Below the pieces are notes generated by a model. The model saw only the letters and a list, made by a program, of their open reading frames with translations. It was not told the DNA's origin and made no database searches. From an uncultured delta proteobacterium (GTDB lineage Bacteria > Desulfobacterota > Binatia > UBA9968): 64,000 nucleotides of DNA. The stretch covers positions 672,001 to 736,000 of the forward strand of contig CAVSHR010000004.1 in assembly GCA_963727625.1 (NCBI GenBank). Reading direction: 5' to 3'. The position numbers and the translations under genes were made by a program. Positions 1 to 10,396 of the stretch are shown here, piece by piece (positions within the stretch are counted from its first letter, which is position 1; every line of letters starts with the position of its first letter).

Positions 1-536
1 AAAGTCTCGCCGGGAATTTTTCGGAGCTTGCCGGCGATGCGAAATTCCTGCTCGCCGATCTTTAGCCGGTCGTCGACCCGGGCGTTGAATTGCAGCATGA
101 CGTTCTCATCGACCAGCGCGTTGGCGCCGCGATGAAAGCTTGCCAAGGATAAAACCGGTTCGGTCTCGAGGGCGCCGTAATACGGGAAGCTGCCGCTCAG
201 CGCGCGCACTTGCACCAGACGCGACTGGCCGCTGTGGGTAAAGTAAACCATCGAGGCAAAGCCGATCTGACGCGATTGCTCGCCGCCGAGGGAGCGGAAC
301 AGAGCTTCATCTTCTGCGGAAAACGGCTCGCGGCTCTCCAGCGCGAGATCGGCGCCGAGCAGGCTTTTCGATTGCAACTGCACGCTCGACTGTAAATTTT
401 CGCGAAACGAATAGACCGCCACCACCGACGCTACGGCCAAGACCACGCTGGACATGGACAGCAGCAAGGGACGCAGGCCGCGACGGCCATCGCGCAGCGC
501 CAGGCGCCACACCCAGAGTTTGAACAGCGCGTTCAT
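1..536 (-). CDS. ybbP: FtsX-like ABC permease (YbbP type), 5' part; runs off the window edge
   Basis: Manual translation from ATG 536: MNALFKLWVWRLALRDGRRGLRPLLLSMSSVVLAVASVVAVYSFRENLQSSVQLQSKSLLGADLALESR. It lies downstream of ybbA, with tesA divergent, matching the known ybbP-ybbA-tesA synteny. Confidence 0.85.
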   Translation of the reverse strand, partial: MNALFKLWVWRLALRDGRRGLRPLLLSMSSVVLAVASVVAVYSFRENLQSSVQLQSKSLLGADLALESREPFSAEDEALFRSLGGEQSRQIGFASMVYFTHSGQSRLVQVRALSGSFPYYGALETEPVLSLASFHRGANALVDENVMLQFNARVDDRLKIGEQEFRIAGKLRKIPGET

Positions 537-609
537 AGGCGGCGAAGCCTAGCCGAACAGATTTGAAATTGACTTTGTTTTTGAACTACCGAAGCGGAAA
601 AAAGCTGAC

Positions 610-687
610 TCGCGCGAAGACGCAAAGCATGCCAAGTTCGGCGAAGTAAGCAGACCTTTGTCTTTGCGCCTTGGCGCCTTGGCGCGA
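610..687. repeat. Intergenic imperfect inverted repeat, CGCAAAG/CTTTGCG family
   Basis: TCGCGCGAAGACGCAAAGCATGCCAAG-TTCGG ... CTTTGCGCCTTGGCGCCTTGGCGCGA. Confidence 0.6.
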
Positions 688-733
688 CAAATCTTCTTGA
701 AGTTGTTTTGTGAATCATTTGAAAAGAGAGAAC

Positions 734-1444
734 CTAACCATGCCCAAAAGCGCTCTGGAGCGTATCGTTGTCCGACACCAACCGGCCGCCGCGCAGCCGG
801 ATCGTCCGGTTCGCTTGTTGGGTGAGCTCGCGGTCGTGGGTGACCAGAATGAGCGTGGTTCCCCACGTGGAATTGAGATCGAAAATCAGCTTGATGATGT
901 CCCGCGCCGTGTCGGTGTCGAGATTGCCGGTGGGTTCGTCGGCAAAAAGAATTTTCGGCCGGTTCATAAATGCCCGGGCGATCGCCACGCGCTGTTGCTC
1001 GCCGCCGGAAAGTTGCACGGGGTAGTGCTGCAAGCGGCCGTCCAAGCCGACCTGTTTGAGCAGCTCGGCGGCGCGATGGCGCGCGTGATTCTCGCCGCGG
1101 ATTTCGGCCGGCACCATGACGTTCTCCACAGCGGTGAGCGACGCCAGCAACTGAAAGTTTTGGAAGATGAAACCGATGGACCGATTGCGCAGTCCGGCCA
1201 ACTCTTCTTCGCTGGCCTCGTGCAACGCTACGCCATCGAAGTGCACCGATCCCGAGCTCGGCCGTTCCAAACCGGCGCAGATCGCGATCAGCGTGGTCTT
1301 GCCGCTGCCCGACGGCCCGACGATCGCACAGGTGCTGCCCGTTTCAATGGCAAACGAGACATCGTTCAAAACATTGACGTTTCGTTCGCCGCTCTTAAAA
1401 ACCTTGCTCAAATGCTCTACGATTAAGATGGAGTCGGTGCTCAT
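734..1444 (-). CDS. ybbA: ABC transporter ATP-binding protein (YbbA/LolD-like)
   Basis: Walker A GPSGSGKTT, signature LSGGEQQRVAIARA, ADEPTGNLD; start placed at MSTDSILIVE. Confidence 0.9.
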   Translation of the reverse strand: MSTDSILIVEHLSKVFKSGERNVNVLNDVSFAIETGSTCAIVGPSGSGKTTLIAICAGLERPSSGSVHFDGVALHEASEEELAGLRNRSIGFIFQNFQLLASLTAVENVMVPAEIRGENHARHRAAELLKQVGLDGRLQHYPVQLSGGEQQRVAIARAFMNRPKILFADEPTGNLDTDTARDIIKLIFDLNSTWGTTLILVTHDRELTQQANRTIRLRGGRLVSDNDTLQSAFGHG

Positions 1445-1570
1445 GAGTAAATGACCAGCAGGCAGTGATTGCGAAGCGATCGCGCCACAGAAATTTTTTT
1501 CAACAGGGTAAACTTTAGAATGTTTGTACGACCTAAACAACATCGCGGTGCCGCGATGTCGAACGGCCGG

Positions 1571-2248
1571 ATGAATTCCTTTTCACTGCGCTCGGGCGCA
1601 TGGCGCACCTTCCGCAGAAAAATTTTATCGCGGTTGATCCTTTTCATTGCCCTTCTCGGAGGCCCATCCTCCGCCGCAACTCCGCCCAACGTCATCCTGT
1701 TTCTCGGCGACAGCATCACGGCCGGATACGGGCTCGATTTATCGCAGGCCTACCCCGCGCTCATTCAGGAAAAAATCGCTGCCAAGGGCTGGAAGTTCAA
1801 ACTGGTCAACGCCGGTCAGAGCGGCGACACCAGCGCCGGCGCTTTGAATCGCCTGGACTGGCTCTTGAGAAACCGCGTCGCCGTCTTGGTCCTGGAGCTC
1901 GGCGGCAACGACGGCTTGCGCGGCCTGCCGGTGGAGAGCACGCGGAAAAACCTCCAGCGGATCATCGACCGAACCAAAGCGAACTATCCGGCGGCGACAA
2001 TCATCATCGCCGGCATGAAAGTTCCGCCCAATATGGGGCGCGAATACGGCGACCAGTTCGAAGCGATCTACCCGGCGCTGGCAAAGAATAACCATTTACC
2101 ACTGATCCCCTTTGTCCTCGAAGGCGTAGGCGGGGTGCGCGAGCTCAACCTGCCCGACGGCATTCATCCGACCGCCAAAGGCCATCAAATCGTCGCCGCC
2201 AACGTGTGGAAAGTCTTGGAGCCCGTATTGCGAAGTCTTAACAAATAA
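1571..2248 (+). CDS. tesA: Arylesterase/acyl-CoA thioesterase I (SGNH/GDSL)
   Basis: FLGDSITAGYG, NAGQSGDTS, ELGGNDGLRG, DGIHP; start uncertain (1556 or 1571). Confidence 0.9.
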   Translation: MNSFSLRSGAWRTFRRKILSRLILFIALLGGPSSAATPPNVILFLGDSITAGYGLDLSQAYPALIQEKIAAKGWKFKLVNAGQSGDTSAGALNRLDWLLRNRVAVLVLELGGNDGLRGLPVESTRKNLQRIIDRTKANYPAATIIIAGMKVPPNMGREYGDQFEAIYPALAKNNHLPLIPFVLEGVGGVRELNLPDGIHPTAKGHQIVAANVWKVLEPVLRSLNK

Positions 2249-2300
2249 AACCGGCAGACGGTAACAACGGCAATACCCCGGTAAAGATAGCTGAGAACTT

Positions 2301-2363
2301 AGCGCGCAAAGACGCCAAGGTCGGAGCAATTTCCCCCTGGCGGCCCTTCCGGTTCGGCGCGAG
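2301..2363. repeat. Degenerate copy of the CGCAAAG inverted-repeat family
   Basis: AGCGCGCAAAGACGCCAAGGTCGGAG ... CCTGGCGGCCCTTCCGGTTCGGCGCGAG. Confidence 0.5.
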
Positions 2364-2496
2364 TCGCGGCAAATCCGCCTAAATCTCCGCAACCGCCGCG
2401 ACATGCTCAGCTTGACACCCTGCACGTACCTGAAGGATAGTTAGAACTGTAGATTACAAAACCGCGCGCCGCCTTTCGGCGCACAGAGGAGAGTCC

Positions 2497-2787
2497 ATGG
2501 CCGTTCGACTCATCGTAACGATCACCGCAGCACCGGGAAAAGGTTCCGAACTCGCACGGTTGTACAAAGAGCGCTGCGTGGACATAGCGAAAGAACCCGG
2601 CTGCGAACAGTTCGAAGTTTTTCAAAGCGTGGTTAATACCGACAAATTGACACTTCTCGAGCGCTGGGTCGATCAGGCCGCGTTGGACGTACATTCAAAG
2701 GCAAACGCCACTCGTCCGCCGCTTCCGGCTGAATTGCGCATCGGAACCACCGAGCGCGAAGATTACGTGTACAACCGCACGCGCTAG
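2497..2787 (+). CDS. ABM-domain monooxygenase (putative quinol monooxygenase/LsrG-like)
   Basis: EPGCEQFEVFQS...LLERWVDQAALDVH; GAGGAG RBS. Confidence 0.8.
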   Translation: MAVRLIVTITAAPGKGSELARLYKERCVDIAKEPGCEQFEVFQSVVNTDKLTLLERWVDQAALDVHSKANATRPPLPAELRIGTTEREDYVYNRTR

Positions 2788-2936
2788 CGCGACGACCCAA
2801 TCACCCCCCAGCGACCTTGACTGGCGCCGCCCGAATGTGCCACCGCCTTGGGTCGCGACAGCTCTGGCCTGCATATTTGTAAAAATCGTCTGCTAAGTGA
2901 TATTGGGAAACGAAGGTTTGACCGAGGGGACGACCT

Positions 2937-4112
2937 ATGTGGAATGCTTTGAAAGTCATCGACGCCGACGCCCATATGCATGAACCCCGGGACATGTGGG
3001 ATCGTTATCTGGAATCTAAATACCGGGAGCGGGCTCCAAGAGTGGCTCATATGAACGGGACTTTCATGATCTATGAGCCCGATGGAAAGCTTATCCCGAA
3101 GGATGAAAAACAGGTTAAGGGTCCGCCGCCGGAGTCCTTCACAATCATGGAAAAGAAGTACGGCGAGGCCTATCGCACATGGTGGGCGCCGGCAACAAGA
3201 CTCAAGGACATGGACCGTCATGGGTGGGACATCCAGGTCCTTTTACCTACGGGGAGCAACGGCAACTTCGGTTGCACGGTGGCCCTCAAGGACGCGGAGC
3301 TTGGGGCGGCCTTTTGCAGGGCCTATAACAATTGGGCCCATGATTACTGTAGTGTCAATTCCAAGCGGCTGAAGTTTATCGCGGTGGTGCCCGGTTCCGG
3401 TGTCGAGGAAATGGTCGAAGAATCGCGCCGGGCGGTAGGGGAACTTGGAGCGGTTTCAGTGAGAAACCCGTTGTTGCCCAAGGGCAAGTGGTTGCATGAA
3501 AAGGAATACGACGCTCTCTGGAATCTCGCCTGCGAGTTAGACTTCCCCATCGCCGTCCACGGCGAGTCCCGCTATCGCGTGCAACCGTTCAGGGGATTTC
3601 GAGTTGTCGAGCAATCGGAGTCGGGCGACGTAGGTCATGATTTTCAGGGTCTGCGGGCGGTGGATCACGCCATCGGCTTTCCCTGCGACAACATGGCGAC
3701 CATGGGCCATTTTATTTTCACCGGTATACTCGAGCGCTTTCCCAGGCTGCGTCTGGCGATTTTGGAGTCCAACGCGGGCTGGCTGCCATTTTGGCTAGGC
3801 AGGATGGACGCGCATTCGCATGGCCGCTATAGCATCATGGGGAAGCCGAAAAATTTGTCGATGTTGCCGAGCGAATACTTTCGGCGCCAGTGCGCGGTGG
3901 CCTGCGACAGCGATGAAAGCGGGTTGTCCTATGCGGTCACTCACCTCGGAGGCGAGAACATCGTGTGGAACACCGACTATCCGCACCTCGACGGCATCGA
4001 GCCGGCTAGGGCGCTTCCGGAATTCGATGCGCAACCGATACCGGAAGAAGCCAAGCGCAAAATCCTTTGGGATAATGCCGTTAAGCTTTACGGGGAACGA
4101 ATTCTAAGGTGA
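2937..4112 (+). CDS. Amidohydrolase_2 family protein
   Basis: IDADAH, AVHG, ILESNAGWLP, WNTDYPH. Confidence 0.9.
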   Translation: MWNALKVIDADAHMHEPRDMWDRYLESKYRERAPRVAHMNGTFMIYEPDGKLIPKDEKQVKGPPPESFTIMEKKYGEAYRTWWAPATRLKDMDRHGWDIQVLLPTGSNGNFGCTVALKDAELGAAFCRAYNNWAHDYCSVNSKRLKFIAVVPGSGVEEMVEESRRAVGELGAVSVRNPLLPKGKWLHEKEYDALWNLACELDFPIAVHGESRYRVQPFRGFRVVEQSESGDVGHDFQGLRAVDHAIGFPCDNMATMGHFIFTGILERFPRLRLAILESNAGWLPFWLGRMDAHSHGRYSIMGKPKNLSMLPSEYFRRQCAVACDSDESGLSYAVTHLGGENIVWNTDYPHLDGIEPARALPEFDAQPIPEEAKRKILWDNAVKLYGERILR

Positions 4113-4452
4113 CCACAAGCGCCAAGCCAAGCCAGAAGACAAGAGACCGTAAAAAGCACAGGCTTTAACATAACATTCATTACAATCTGCAAATTATCCT
4201 GGGGACTCAATATTATTTTTTTGACGAGAAGAAGGAAAATCGATCTCTCTACGCAGCATGGCTAGGATGTTTCAAAGTCGTATCCTCCCGGCTATCCTCA
4301 TCACGTCAGCCAAAGAGCCGTCCAAGCGGCCCGCGGCAGTGGACCGAAAAGAAACTAAGCTCTCCCCCCCTTTTTTCTTTTTTCACCAGTGCTGGTAGTC
4401 ATGTTATGAATGAGCCTAACACGCGTTTCGATCAGGCAAGGAGGGACCAGGC

Positions 4453-5616
4453 ATGCGCCACGGTTTGAAGATCTTTGATTCGGACACGCACCTCAATCCG
4501 TTGGCCGAAACCCTGGAGCCCTACTTCGATACCGCCATGCGCAAGCGGCTACCGGAGTGGCAAAGCTGCAAGGTGCCCTTTCGCGTCGGCTGGGCCGGCG
4601 AGATTCTCCAACCACCGTATCGCCACCGTTACCAGTTCAAGAAAAGAGCCGGCTGGCGTGAGGAGCGCCTGCGAATTTTAGGGGACGCAGGTCCGAGGGC
4701 TCATATCGAGCCTCATTTCCCGCAGTTTATGGGCGGCCGCTTTCCGACCCCCGGTGGGGCAGACGACGACGTCGAAGCGCGCATTCTGGATATGGACGAG
4801 GAGGGAGTGGACGTCCAGCTCATGCTTCCCGGACTACCCCCGGCGTCGGACGACGCCGAGATTGAAATGGGCTTTATCCGCGCCAACCACCGCTTTACCG
4901 ACGATTTCTGCAGCAAGCACCCGCACCGTCTGAAGTCTCTCATTGTGGTCAGCAGCAGAGCGATCGATGCGTCGGTGCAAGAAATCAAAGCCAGGGCGCG
5001 TGCGCCATGGGCTGTAGGCATCCATCCCAACCTCGCCGAAGGCGTTCCCATCGATCACCCGGACCTCGAGCCGATCTGGGCCGCGGCCAATGACGCAGGG
5101 CTGTGTGTGGTGCATCACAGTTTCACCTCCGGCTATCCCGGCTACCGCGATCTCTGGGACAACCCGTTCATCGGCCGGACCGCATCGCACCCGTGGGGCG
5201 CGATGCGAGCAGTGAGCGCATTTTTCGGCGCCGGGATCATGGACCGCTACCCTGACATTCGCTACTGCATCCTCGAGTCCGGCTTTGGCTGGCTGCCGTT
5301 CTGGGCAGCGCGTATGGACGATCAAAGCATCTACATGTCCTACGCTCTGCCGGACCATCTGGCTCATAAGCCCGGCGAATACATGACCAGCGGGCGCTTC
5401 TTCGCCAGCGTCGTCATCCACGAAGGCGAGAAGATGGCCCGCATGGTCACCGACTTCCTCGGCGACGGCGTCCTCATGTATTCGTCCGATTACCCCCACG
5501 CGGAATCCCGCTTCCCCGAGTCGACAAACAAGGTGCTCGGGTGGCAATCCCTGGGCGACGAGGTCATGCGAAAAATGCTCTGGGACAACGCGAGGCGATG
5601 CTTCGGAGAGCCCTAG
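4453..5616 (+). CDS. Amidohydrolase_2 family protein
   Basis: FDSDTH, ILESGFGWLP, YSSDYPHAES. Confidence 0.9.
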   Translation: MRHGLKIFDSDTHLNPLAETLEPYFDTAMRKRLPEWQSCKVPFRVGWAGEILQPPYRHRYQFKKRAGWREERLRILGDAGPRAHIEPHFPQFMGGRFPTPGGADDDVEARILDMDEEGVDVQLMLPGLPPASDDAEIEMGFIRANHRFTDDFCSKHPHRLKSLIVVSSRAIDASVQEIKARARAPWAVGIHPNLAEGVPIDHPDLEPIWAAANDAGLCVVHHSFTSGYPGYRDLWDNPFIGRTASHPWGAMRAVSAFFGAGIMDRYPDIRYCILESGFGWLPFWAARMDDQSIYMSYALPDHLAHKPGEYMTSGRFFASVVIHEGEKMARMVTDFLGDGVLMYSSDYPHAESRFPESTNKVLGWQSLGDEVMRKMLWDNARRCFGEP

Positions 5617-5890
5617 AGATGAATTCCGCAGACATCATTCCAACTTCTCTGAGAGCGGTGCCTGGAAGAAAAAAAGGAACGCGAACCTAACCGCCCCGTG
5701 CCTGACTTGCCTAAGTTGCCTGACTCTGAGCTAGCGCCGATCCGACCGCTCGGTCTTAATTCCTCGACCGTCCCGCCTAACGCATAAATCCGTTCGAAGA
5801 ATCAGCGTCGCCAAATGCCTTGACACGGTAGTTCACGGCGGAATAGTCTCGGCAACACGCCCAAAATTTATCACGGGGAGGGCAACCTCG

Positions 5891-6748
5891 ATGGCTGAAT
5901 CCTTGGAGAGCTTCAAAAGCTATATCGGCAAGAGCGAAACCGCGACCGACGTGGTCACGGCGGCGATGCTGATAAAATTTGCCGCTACACTGGGCTTGGA
6001 AAATCCGCCGTTGGAAAAAGGCTCACCGATCCCGCCCGGCTGGTACGGCGGTCTGTTTCCTGCCTCGCACCGGCCCGACAAGATGCGCGCGGACGGACAA
6101 GCGTCGGGCGGCGGCTTCATGCCGGCGATACCCCTGCCCCGCCGGCGTATCGGCGGCACTCGAGTGGCGTTTCAGAATCCGCTGAAAGTAGGCGACGACG
6201 TCACGCGCAAGACCGAAATCGCCGACATCCAGATCGATGATGGCCCGAGCGGGGCCATGGTCACCGTGGTCGAGCGCAATAGCCTCTCGGCCAGCGGAAA
6301 AGTCTGCGTCGTCGAAGAGCGCGACATGTGCATGCTCAGCGAAGCAAGGGCGGACGCGGCGCCGAAGTCAACGCCGGCTGTTCCCGGTGAAGCCAAGTGG
6401 CAGCAAATCGTCGAACCCAACACTCCGCTGCTGTTTCGCTTTTCGGCGATCCGCTTCAACAGCCACCGCATCCACTATGACCGCGACTACGTCACCAAAG
6501 TAGAGAAGCTTCCCGGCCTGGTCGTGCAAAGCTCGCTGATTTCGCAGTTGCTGATCGAGATGTGCCGGCGCGAGGCGCCGGCGCGGCAGCTAAAAGAGTT
6601 CAGTTTCCAAAACCTGCGCTCGATCTACGACAGCAGCGGCAAGTTCACGCTCGCCGGCGCGCCGGCGGCGGACGGCCGCGAAGCCGCGCTCTGGACTCTC
6701 GACGGCGAAGGCAAACTTTCGATGCTGGCGACGGCGAAATTCGCCTAA
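5891..6748 (+). CDS. Double hot-dog acyl-CoA dehydratase (mesaconyl-C4-CoA hydratase/HTD2-like)
   Basis: LFRFSAIRFNSHRIHYDRDY motif; PLPRRRIGG. Confidence 0.85.
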   Translation: MAESLESFKSYIGKSETATDVVTAAMLIKFAATLGLENPPLEKGSPIPPGWYGGLFPASHRPDKMRADGQASGGGFMPAIPLPRRRIGGTRVAFQNPLKVGDDVTRKTEIADIQIDDGPSGAMVTVVERNSLSASGKVCVVEERDMCMLSEARADAAPKSTPAVPGEAKWQQIVEPNTPLLFRFSAIRFNSHRIHYDRDYVTKVEKLPGLVVQSSLISQLLIEMCRREAPARQLKEFSFQNLRSIYDSSGKFTLAGAPAADGREAALWTLDGEGKLSMLATAKFA

Positions 6749-6810
6749 GAAAATCTGCGCCAGAAAGGTCCCTGCGCGCCAGAGCCGCGACCAAAGCAGG
6801 AATCGATTCC

Positions 6811-6891
6811 GCCACCGAGGCGCTGAGTTCGCAGAGTTCGGAGTTTTTTTAATAGAACATTTTTGTCGGCGCACTCCATATCGCCGTGGTG
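6811..6891. repeat. Inverted-repeat element (CACCGAG..CGCAGAG-TTCGGAG ... CGTGGTG)
   Basis: GCCACCGAGGCGCTGAGTTCGCAGAGTTCGGAG ... CTCCATATCGCCGTGGTG; shares the G(T)TCGG linker with the 610 and 2301 elements. Confidence 0.45.
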
Positions 6892-6976
6892 AGTTCCCTG
6901 CTGGACCGATAACAGTGATTTCATCTATCAATTCTAAATTACCAAATTGAAAATGATATCTTACCCCGAAGGTCCC

Positions 6977-7049
6977 AGCGCGCCGAGCCGCAAGGGCGCA
7001 ATGGAAAACGACAAGTCCGATCTTGGCGCTCCTGGAAATTTGGCGCGAG
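6977..7049. repeat. Copy of the CGCAAG/CTTGGCG inverted-repeat family
   Basis: AGCGCGCCGAGCCGCAAGGGCGCAA ... CTTGGCGCTCCTGGAAATTTGGCGCGAG. Confidence 0.5.
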
Positions 7050-7212
7050 AATCCGACGGTTGTGCGGGCGAACTGCCCGGAGTAAACTATTGCCGAGCAA
7101 TAGAGTCTTTGGGTAGATCGTTTTGGTCCTCTCGATCTGGTGCAAGTCGAAAACGGAGCACAACAAAGTTACCGATCTGGCGCGCACTCAACAAATCTGA
7201 AGGAGGAAAACC

Positions 7213-8442
7213 ATGCTGAAATTCATTGGCAAGATAGGTTTGGTGGCAGTCGCCGCTGCTGCGCTATTAATCGCGGAGAGCGAAAACGCCCTCGCCAAAG
7301 TGGAAGGCGACACGATCATTCTTGGCGCGGCGGTTTCGCTTACCGGCAAGTATTCCACCAATGGCAAGAATACGCAGGATGGCTACGAACTGGCGGTGAG
7401 ACGCATCAACGAGAACGGCGGCGTCAAAGTCGGCGGCAAGAGCTACAAGCTCAAAGTCGCATACTACGACGATGAGTCCACGCCTGCGCGCGCCGCCCAG
7501 CTCGCCGAGCGTCTAATCAACCAGGACGGCGTGAAATTCCTGCTCGGTCCGTATAGCTCCGGATTGACCACGGCGATCGCGCCGGTAACCGAGAAATACA
7601 AGATCCCGATGGTCGAAGGCAACGGCGCGGCTCTGTCGCTTTTCGGAAAAGGCTACAAGTATTTGTTCGCCACGCTTTCCAGCACCGAGTTTTATCTTAA
7701 ATCGGCGATTGGTCTGATGGCGGAAAAAGCCCCCGACATCGGCAAGAAGCCTGCCCAGATCACCATAGCGATGGCTTTTGAGAACGATCCGTTCAGCCGG
7801 GACATCCGAGCAGGCGTCGTCGAAGATGCCAAAAAATTCGCCATGAAGATCGTAATCGACGATAAGTTGCCGCCGGAAATCAACAACATGGCCGCGACCC
7901 TGACCAAGGTCAAAGCGCTCAAGCCCGATCTCCTGGTGGTATCGGGCCACGCCAAGGGCGCGACTCTGTTCGTGCGTCAAACAGACGAGATGAAGGTTCG
8001 TACGCCGATGATGGCAACCACGCACTGCGATTCCGCCAAGGTTGCCGAAACCATGCCGGCCGAATCGGAAGGATTTCTGTGTGCCTCGCAGTGGGACCGC
8101 AGCCTGAAATACTCGGACAAGTGGTTTGGCCGAGCCGAAGACTATGCCCAGCTGTTCGACAAAGTGTTTCATTATGCCCCCCCCTACCAGGCGGCCGAGT
8201 CGACGGCCGCCGTGCTGGTATTTGTTGACGCTTTCCAGCGTTGCGGCTGTTTCGAAACGGCAAAATTGCGCGATGCCATCGCGGCCACCGATATGGAAAC
8301 CTTCTACGGCCACATCAGGTTCGATAAAACCGGTAAGAACATCGCCAAGCCGATGATACTGTACCAAGTTCAAAAAGGTCATTATCGGGTGGTGGCGCCG
8401 ACGAGGTGGGCCGAGTCCAAGGTCAACTTTCCGCTTAAATAA
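7213..8442 (+). CDS. Branched-chain amino acid-type ABC substrate-binding protein
   Basis: Signal peptide; SLTGKYS, YYDDESTP, LGPYSSG; GGAGGA RBS. Confidence 0.92.
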   Translation: MLKFIGKIGLVAVAAAALLIAESENALAKVEGDTIILGAAVSLTGKYSTNGKNTQDGYELAVRRINENGGVKVGGKSYKLKVAYYDDESTPARAAQLAERLINQDGVKFLLGPYSSGLTTAIAPVTEKYKIPMVEGNGAALSLFGKGYKYLFATLSSTEFYLKSAIGLMAEKAPDIGKKPAQITIAMAFENDPFSRDIRAGVVEDAKKFAMKIVIDDKLPPEINNMAATLTKVKALKPDLLVVSGHAKGATLFVRQTDEMKVRTPMMATTHCDSAKVAETMPAESEGFLCASQWDRSLKYSDKWFGRAEDYAQLFDKVFHYAPPYQAAESTAAVLVFVDAFQRCGCFETAKLRDAIAATDMETFYGHIRFDKTGKNIAKPMILYQVQKGHYRVVAPTRWAESKVNFPLK

Positions 8443-8460
8443 CCGGCATCTCTTGATCGG

Positions 8461-8498
8461 TTTGCGCCCCTCCGGCCCCACTGCCGCTGGGGCGCAAA
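8461..8498 (+). other. Intercistronic hairpin after the SBP gene (mRNA stabiliser/attenuator)
   Basis: TTTGCGCCCC ... GGGGCGCAAA perfect 10-bp inverted repeat. Confidence 0.55.
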
Positions 8499-8507
8499 GC
8501 TGCGGTC

Positions 8508-9407
8508 ATGGACAATATCGAACTTCTTTTCAACGCGCCGATTTTGACCGTTCAGCTGTTAGCGGACGGAGTCCTGATCGGAGCGATTTTCGCGCTCACC
8601 GCCTACGGCATGGCTCTGGTTTGGGGCGTCATGAACATCATCAACATTGCCCAGGGCGAGTTCGTCATGCTCGGCGGCTATACTGCTTTTTTTTTGTACA
8701 CCGCCGGAATCCATCCGCTGTTCGGCATCCCCCTCGCGGCCGTGCTGTTGTTCATTCTCGGTTGGTTTCTCTATAAGGGCGTCATTTTCCGGATTGTCGA
8801 CAAGGACCTGTTCACCTCGATTTTAGCGACCTTCGGCCTGAGTATCGTGCTGCAGCAGCTCGCCAACGAGTTGTTCGGTGCCGATGTTCGGACAGCGGAG
8901 TCCGGTCTAGAGACGCTCTTCCTCTTCGGCGGTCTGGTGACCATTGCCGAGATTAAACTCGTCGCCTTCGCGGCTGCGCTGATCGTGGGCGGCTTGATCG
9001 TGCTTTTTCTCAAGCGCTCCCGCATGGGTCAGGCGATCCGCGCCACGGCACAGAATGCCCGCGCTGCGCGCATCATGGGTATCGACACCGACCGGGTATA
9101 CGCGTTCACCTACGCACTCAATGCCGCCACCTGCGGCGCTGCCGGAGCGCTCGTGGCCATGACCTGGATCATTCATCCGTATCTCGGGTTACCCTATACA
9201 TTACGATCGTTCATGATCGTGATTGTCGCCGGTCTCGGTAACCTGGCTGCGGTCCTCGGCGCCGGCTTGATCCTCAGCGTGGCGGAGAACTTCGCCGGCT
9301 TTATTCTGGGTGCCGAGTATCAAGCAGCCTTCGTTTTCGGCTTGCTTGTCGTGATCTTGGTTTGGCGGCGGTTCCAGCTTGGCCGCCAGCGGAGATACCT
9401 CAAATGA
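8508..9407 (+). CDS. livH: Branched-chain amino acid ABC permease (LivH-like)
   Basis: GVMNIINIAQGEFVMLGGY, GQAIRATAQN. Confidence 0.9.
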   Translation: MDNIELLFNAPILTVQLLADGVLIGAIFALTAYGMALVWGVMNIINIAQGEFVMLGGYTAFFLYTAGIHPLFGIPLAAVLLFILGWFLYKGVIFRIVDKDLFTSILATFGLSIVLQQLANELFGADVRTAESGLETLFLFGGLVTIAEIKLVAFAAALIVGGLIVLFLKRSRMGQAIRATAQNARAARIMGIDTDRVYAFTYALNAATCGAAGALVAMTWIIHPYLGLPYTLRSFMIVIVAGLGNLAAVLGAGLILSVAENFAGFILGAEYQAAFVFGLLVVILVWRRFQLGRQRRYLK

Positions 9408-10396
9408 ACCGGACCGCCGCCCAACTGCTGCTTTACGGCGCGCTCATCGCCCTTGCGCTGTCGGCGCCGGCCCTTGCGCCGAATTACCGCGCACAAATGG
9501 CCCTTCTCTGGGTGATGATCATATTCGCGCTCACCTGGGATCTGCTCGGCGGCCAAATGGGCTACAACTCGTTTGGCAACGTCCTGTTTTTTGGAATCGG
9601 CATGTACGGTTGCGCTGTCGTCCAGCGCGATGCCGGACTCGGCTACTACAGCGGGCTATTCGTGGGCATGGGCGTCGGGGCAACAATTGCAGTGACCACC
9701 GCGGCGTTGCTCGGGTCGGCTATCCTCGGCCTGCGCGGCCAGTATTTTGCCATCGGCACGCTCGGTCTCGGCGTTGCCGCGGGGGAGTTTGCCAGCGGTT
9801 GGGACTATATCGGCGCAGGTTCCGGGATGGTGACGCCGCTCTATCCCGGAGCGGCCGGCGCACGCGAGAGTTTTTTTTATTATCTCCTGTTCGGGCTCGC
9901 AGCGCTGACCTTCCCGGCGCTGCGCTGGCTCTATTCCGGACGATTCGGCCTGACCATCAACGCGATTCGTGACGACGAGGATAAGGCCGAGTCTTTGGGC
10001 ATCCGCACCACGCGCTATAAATCGACGGCGTGGTGTATTTCGGCGTTTTTCCTCGGGCTTACCGGCGGCGCCACGGGCAACCTGATCGGTTTTATCGATC
10101 CGCGCGATGTCGCTTTTGCCGGCTCGACCTATGGGGTCTGGATGGTTCTCATGGCGATCCTGGGCGGCAAGGGAACGCTGTGGGGGCCGGTCATAGGCGC
10201 CGTCATCTTCCATGTTACGCAGGAAGTTTTCTGGACCTACTTTCTCGGCTGGCAACGCGTGTCCCTCGGCCTGCTGATCGTGTTGACGGTGGTCTTTTTC
10301 CCGCTCGGTGTGCTCGGCTGGGCGCGCGAGCGCTGGCCGGAGCTGTTCGGCCACCGCATTGACGCGACCCCGGTAACGCCGGAGGCCGTCAAGTGA
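9404..10396 (+). CDS. livM: Branched-chain amino acid ABC permease (LivM-like)
   Basis: ATGA overlap with livH; LRGQYFAIGTL, AIRDDEDKA, ILGGKGTLWGP. Confidence 0.9.
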   Translation: MNRTAAQLLLYGALIALALSAPALAPNYRAQMALLWVMIIFALTWDLLGGQMGYNSFGNVLFFGIGMYGCAVVQRDAGLGYYSGLFVGMGVGATIAVTTAALLGSAILGLRGQYFAIGTLGLGVAAGEFASGWDYIGAGSGMVTPLYPGAAGARESFFYYLLFGLAALTFPALRWLYSGRFGLTINAIRDDEDKAESLGIRTTRYKSTAWCISAFFLGLTGGATGNLIGFIDPRDVAFAGSTYGVWMVLMAILGGKGTLWGPVIGAVIFHVTQEVFWTYFLGWQRVSLGLLIVLTVVFFPLGVLGWARERWPELFGHRIDATPVTPEAVK

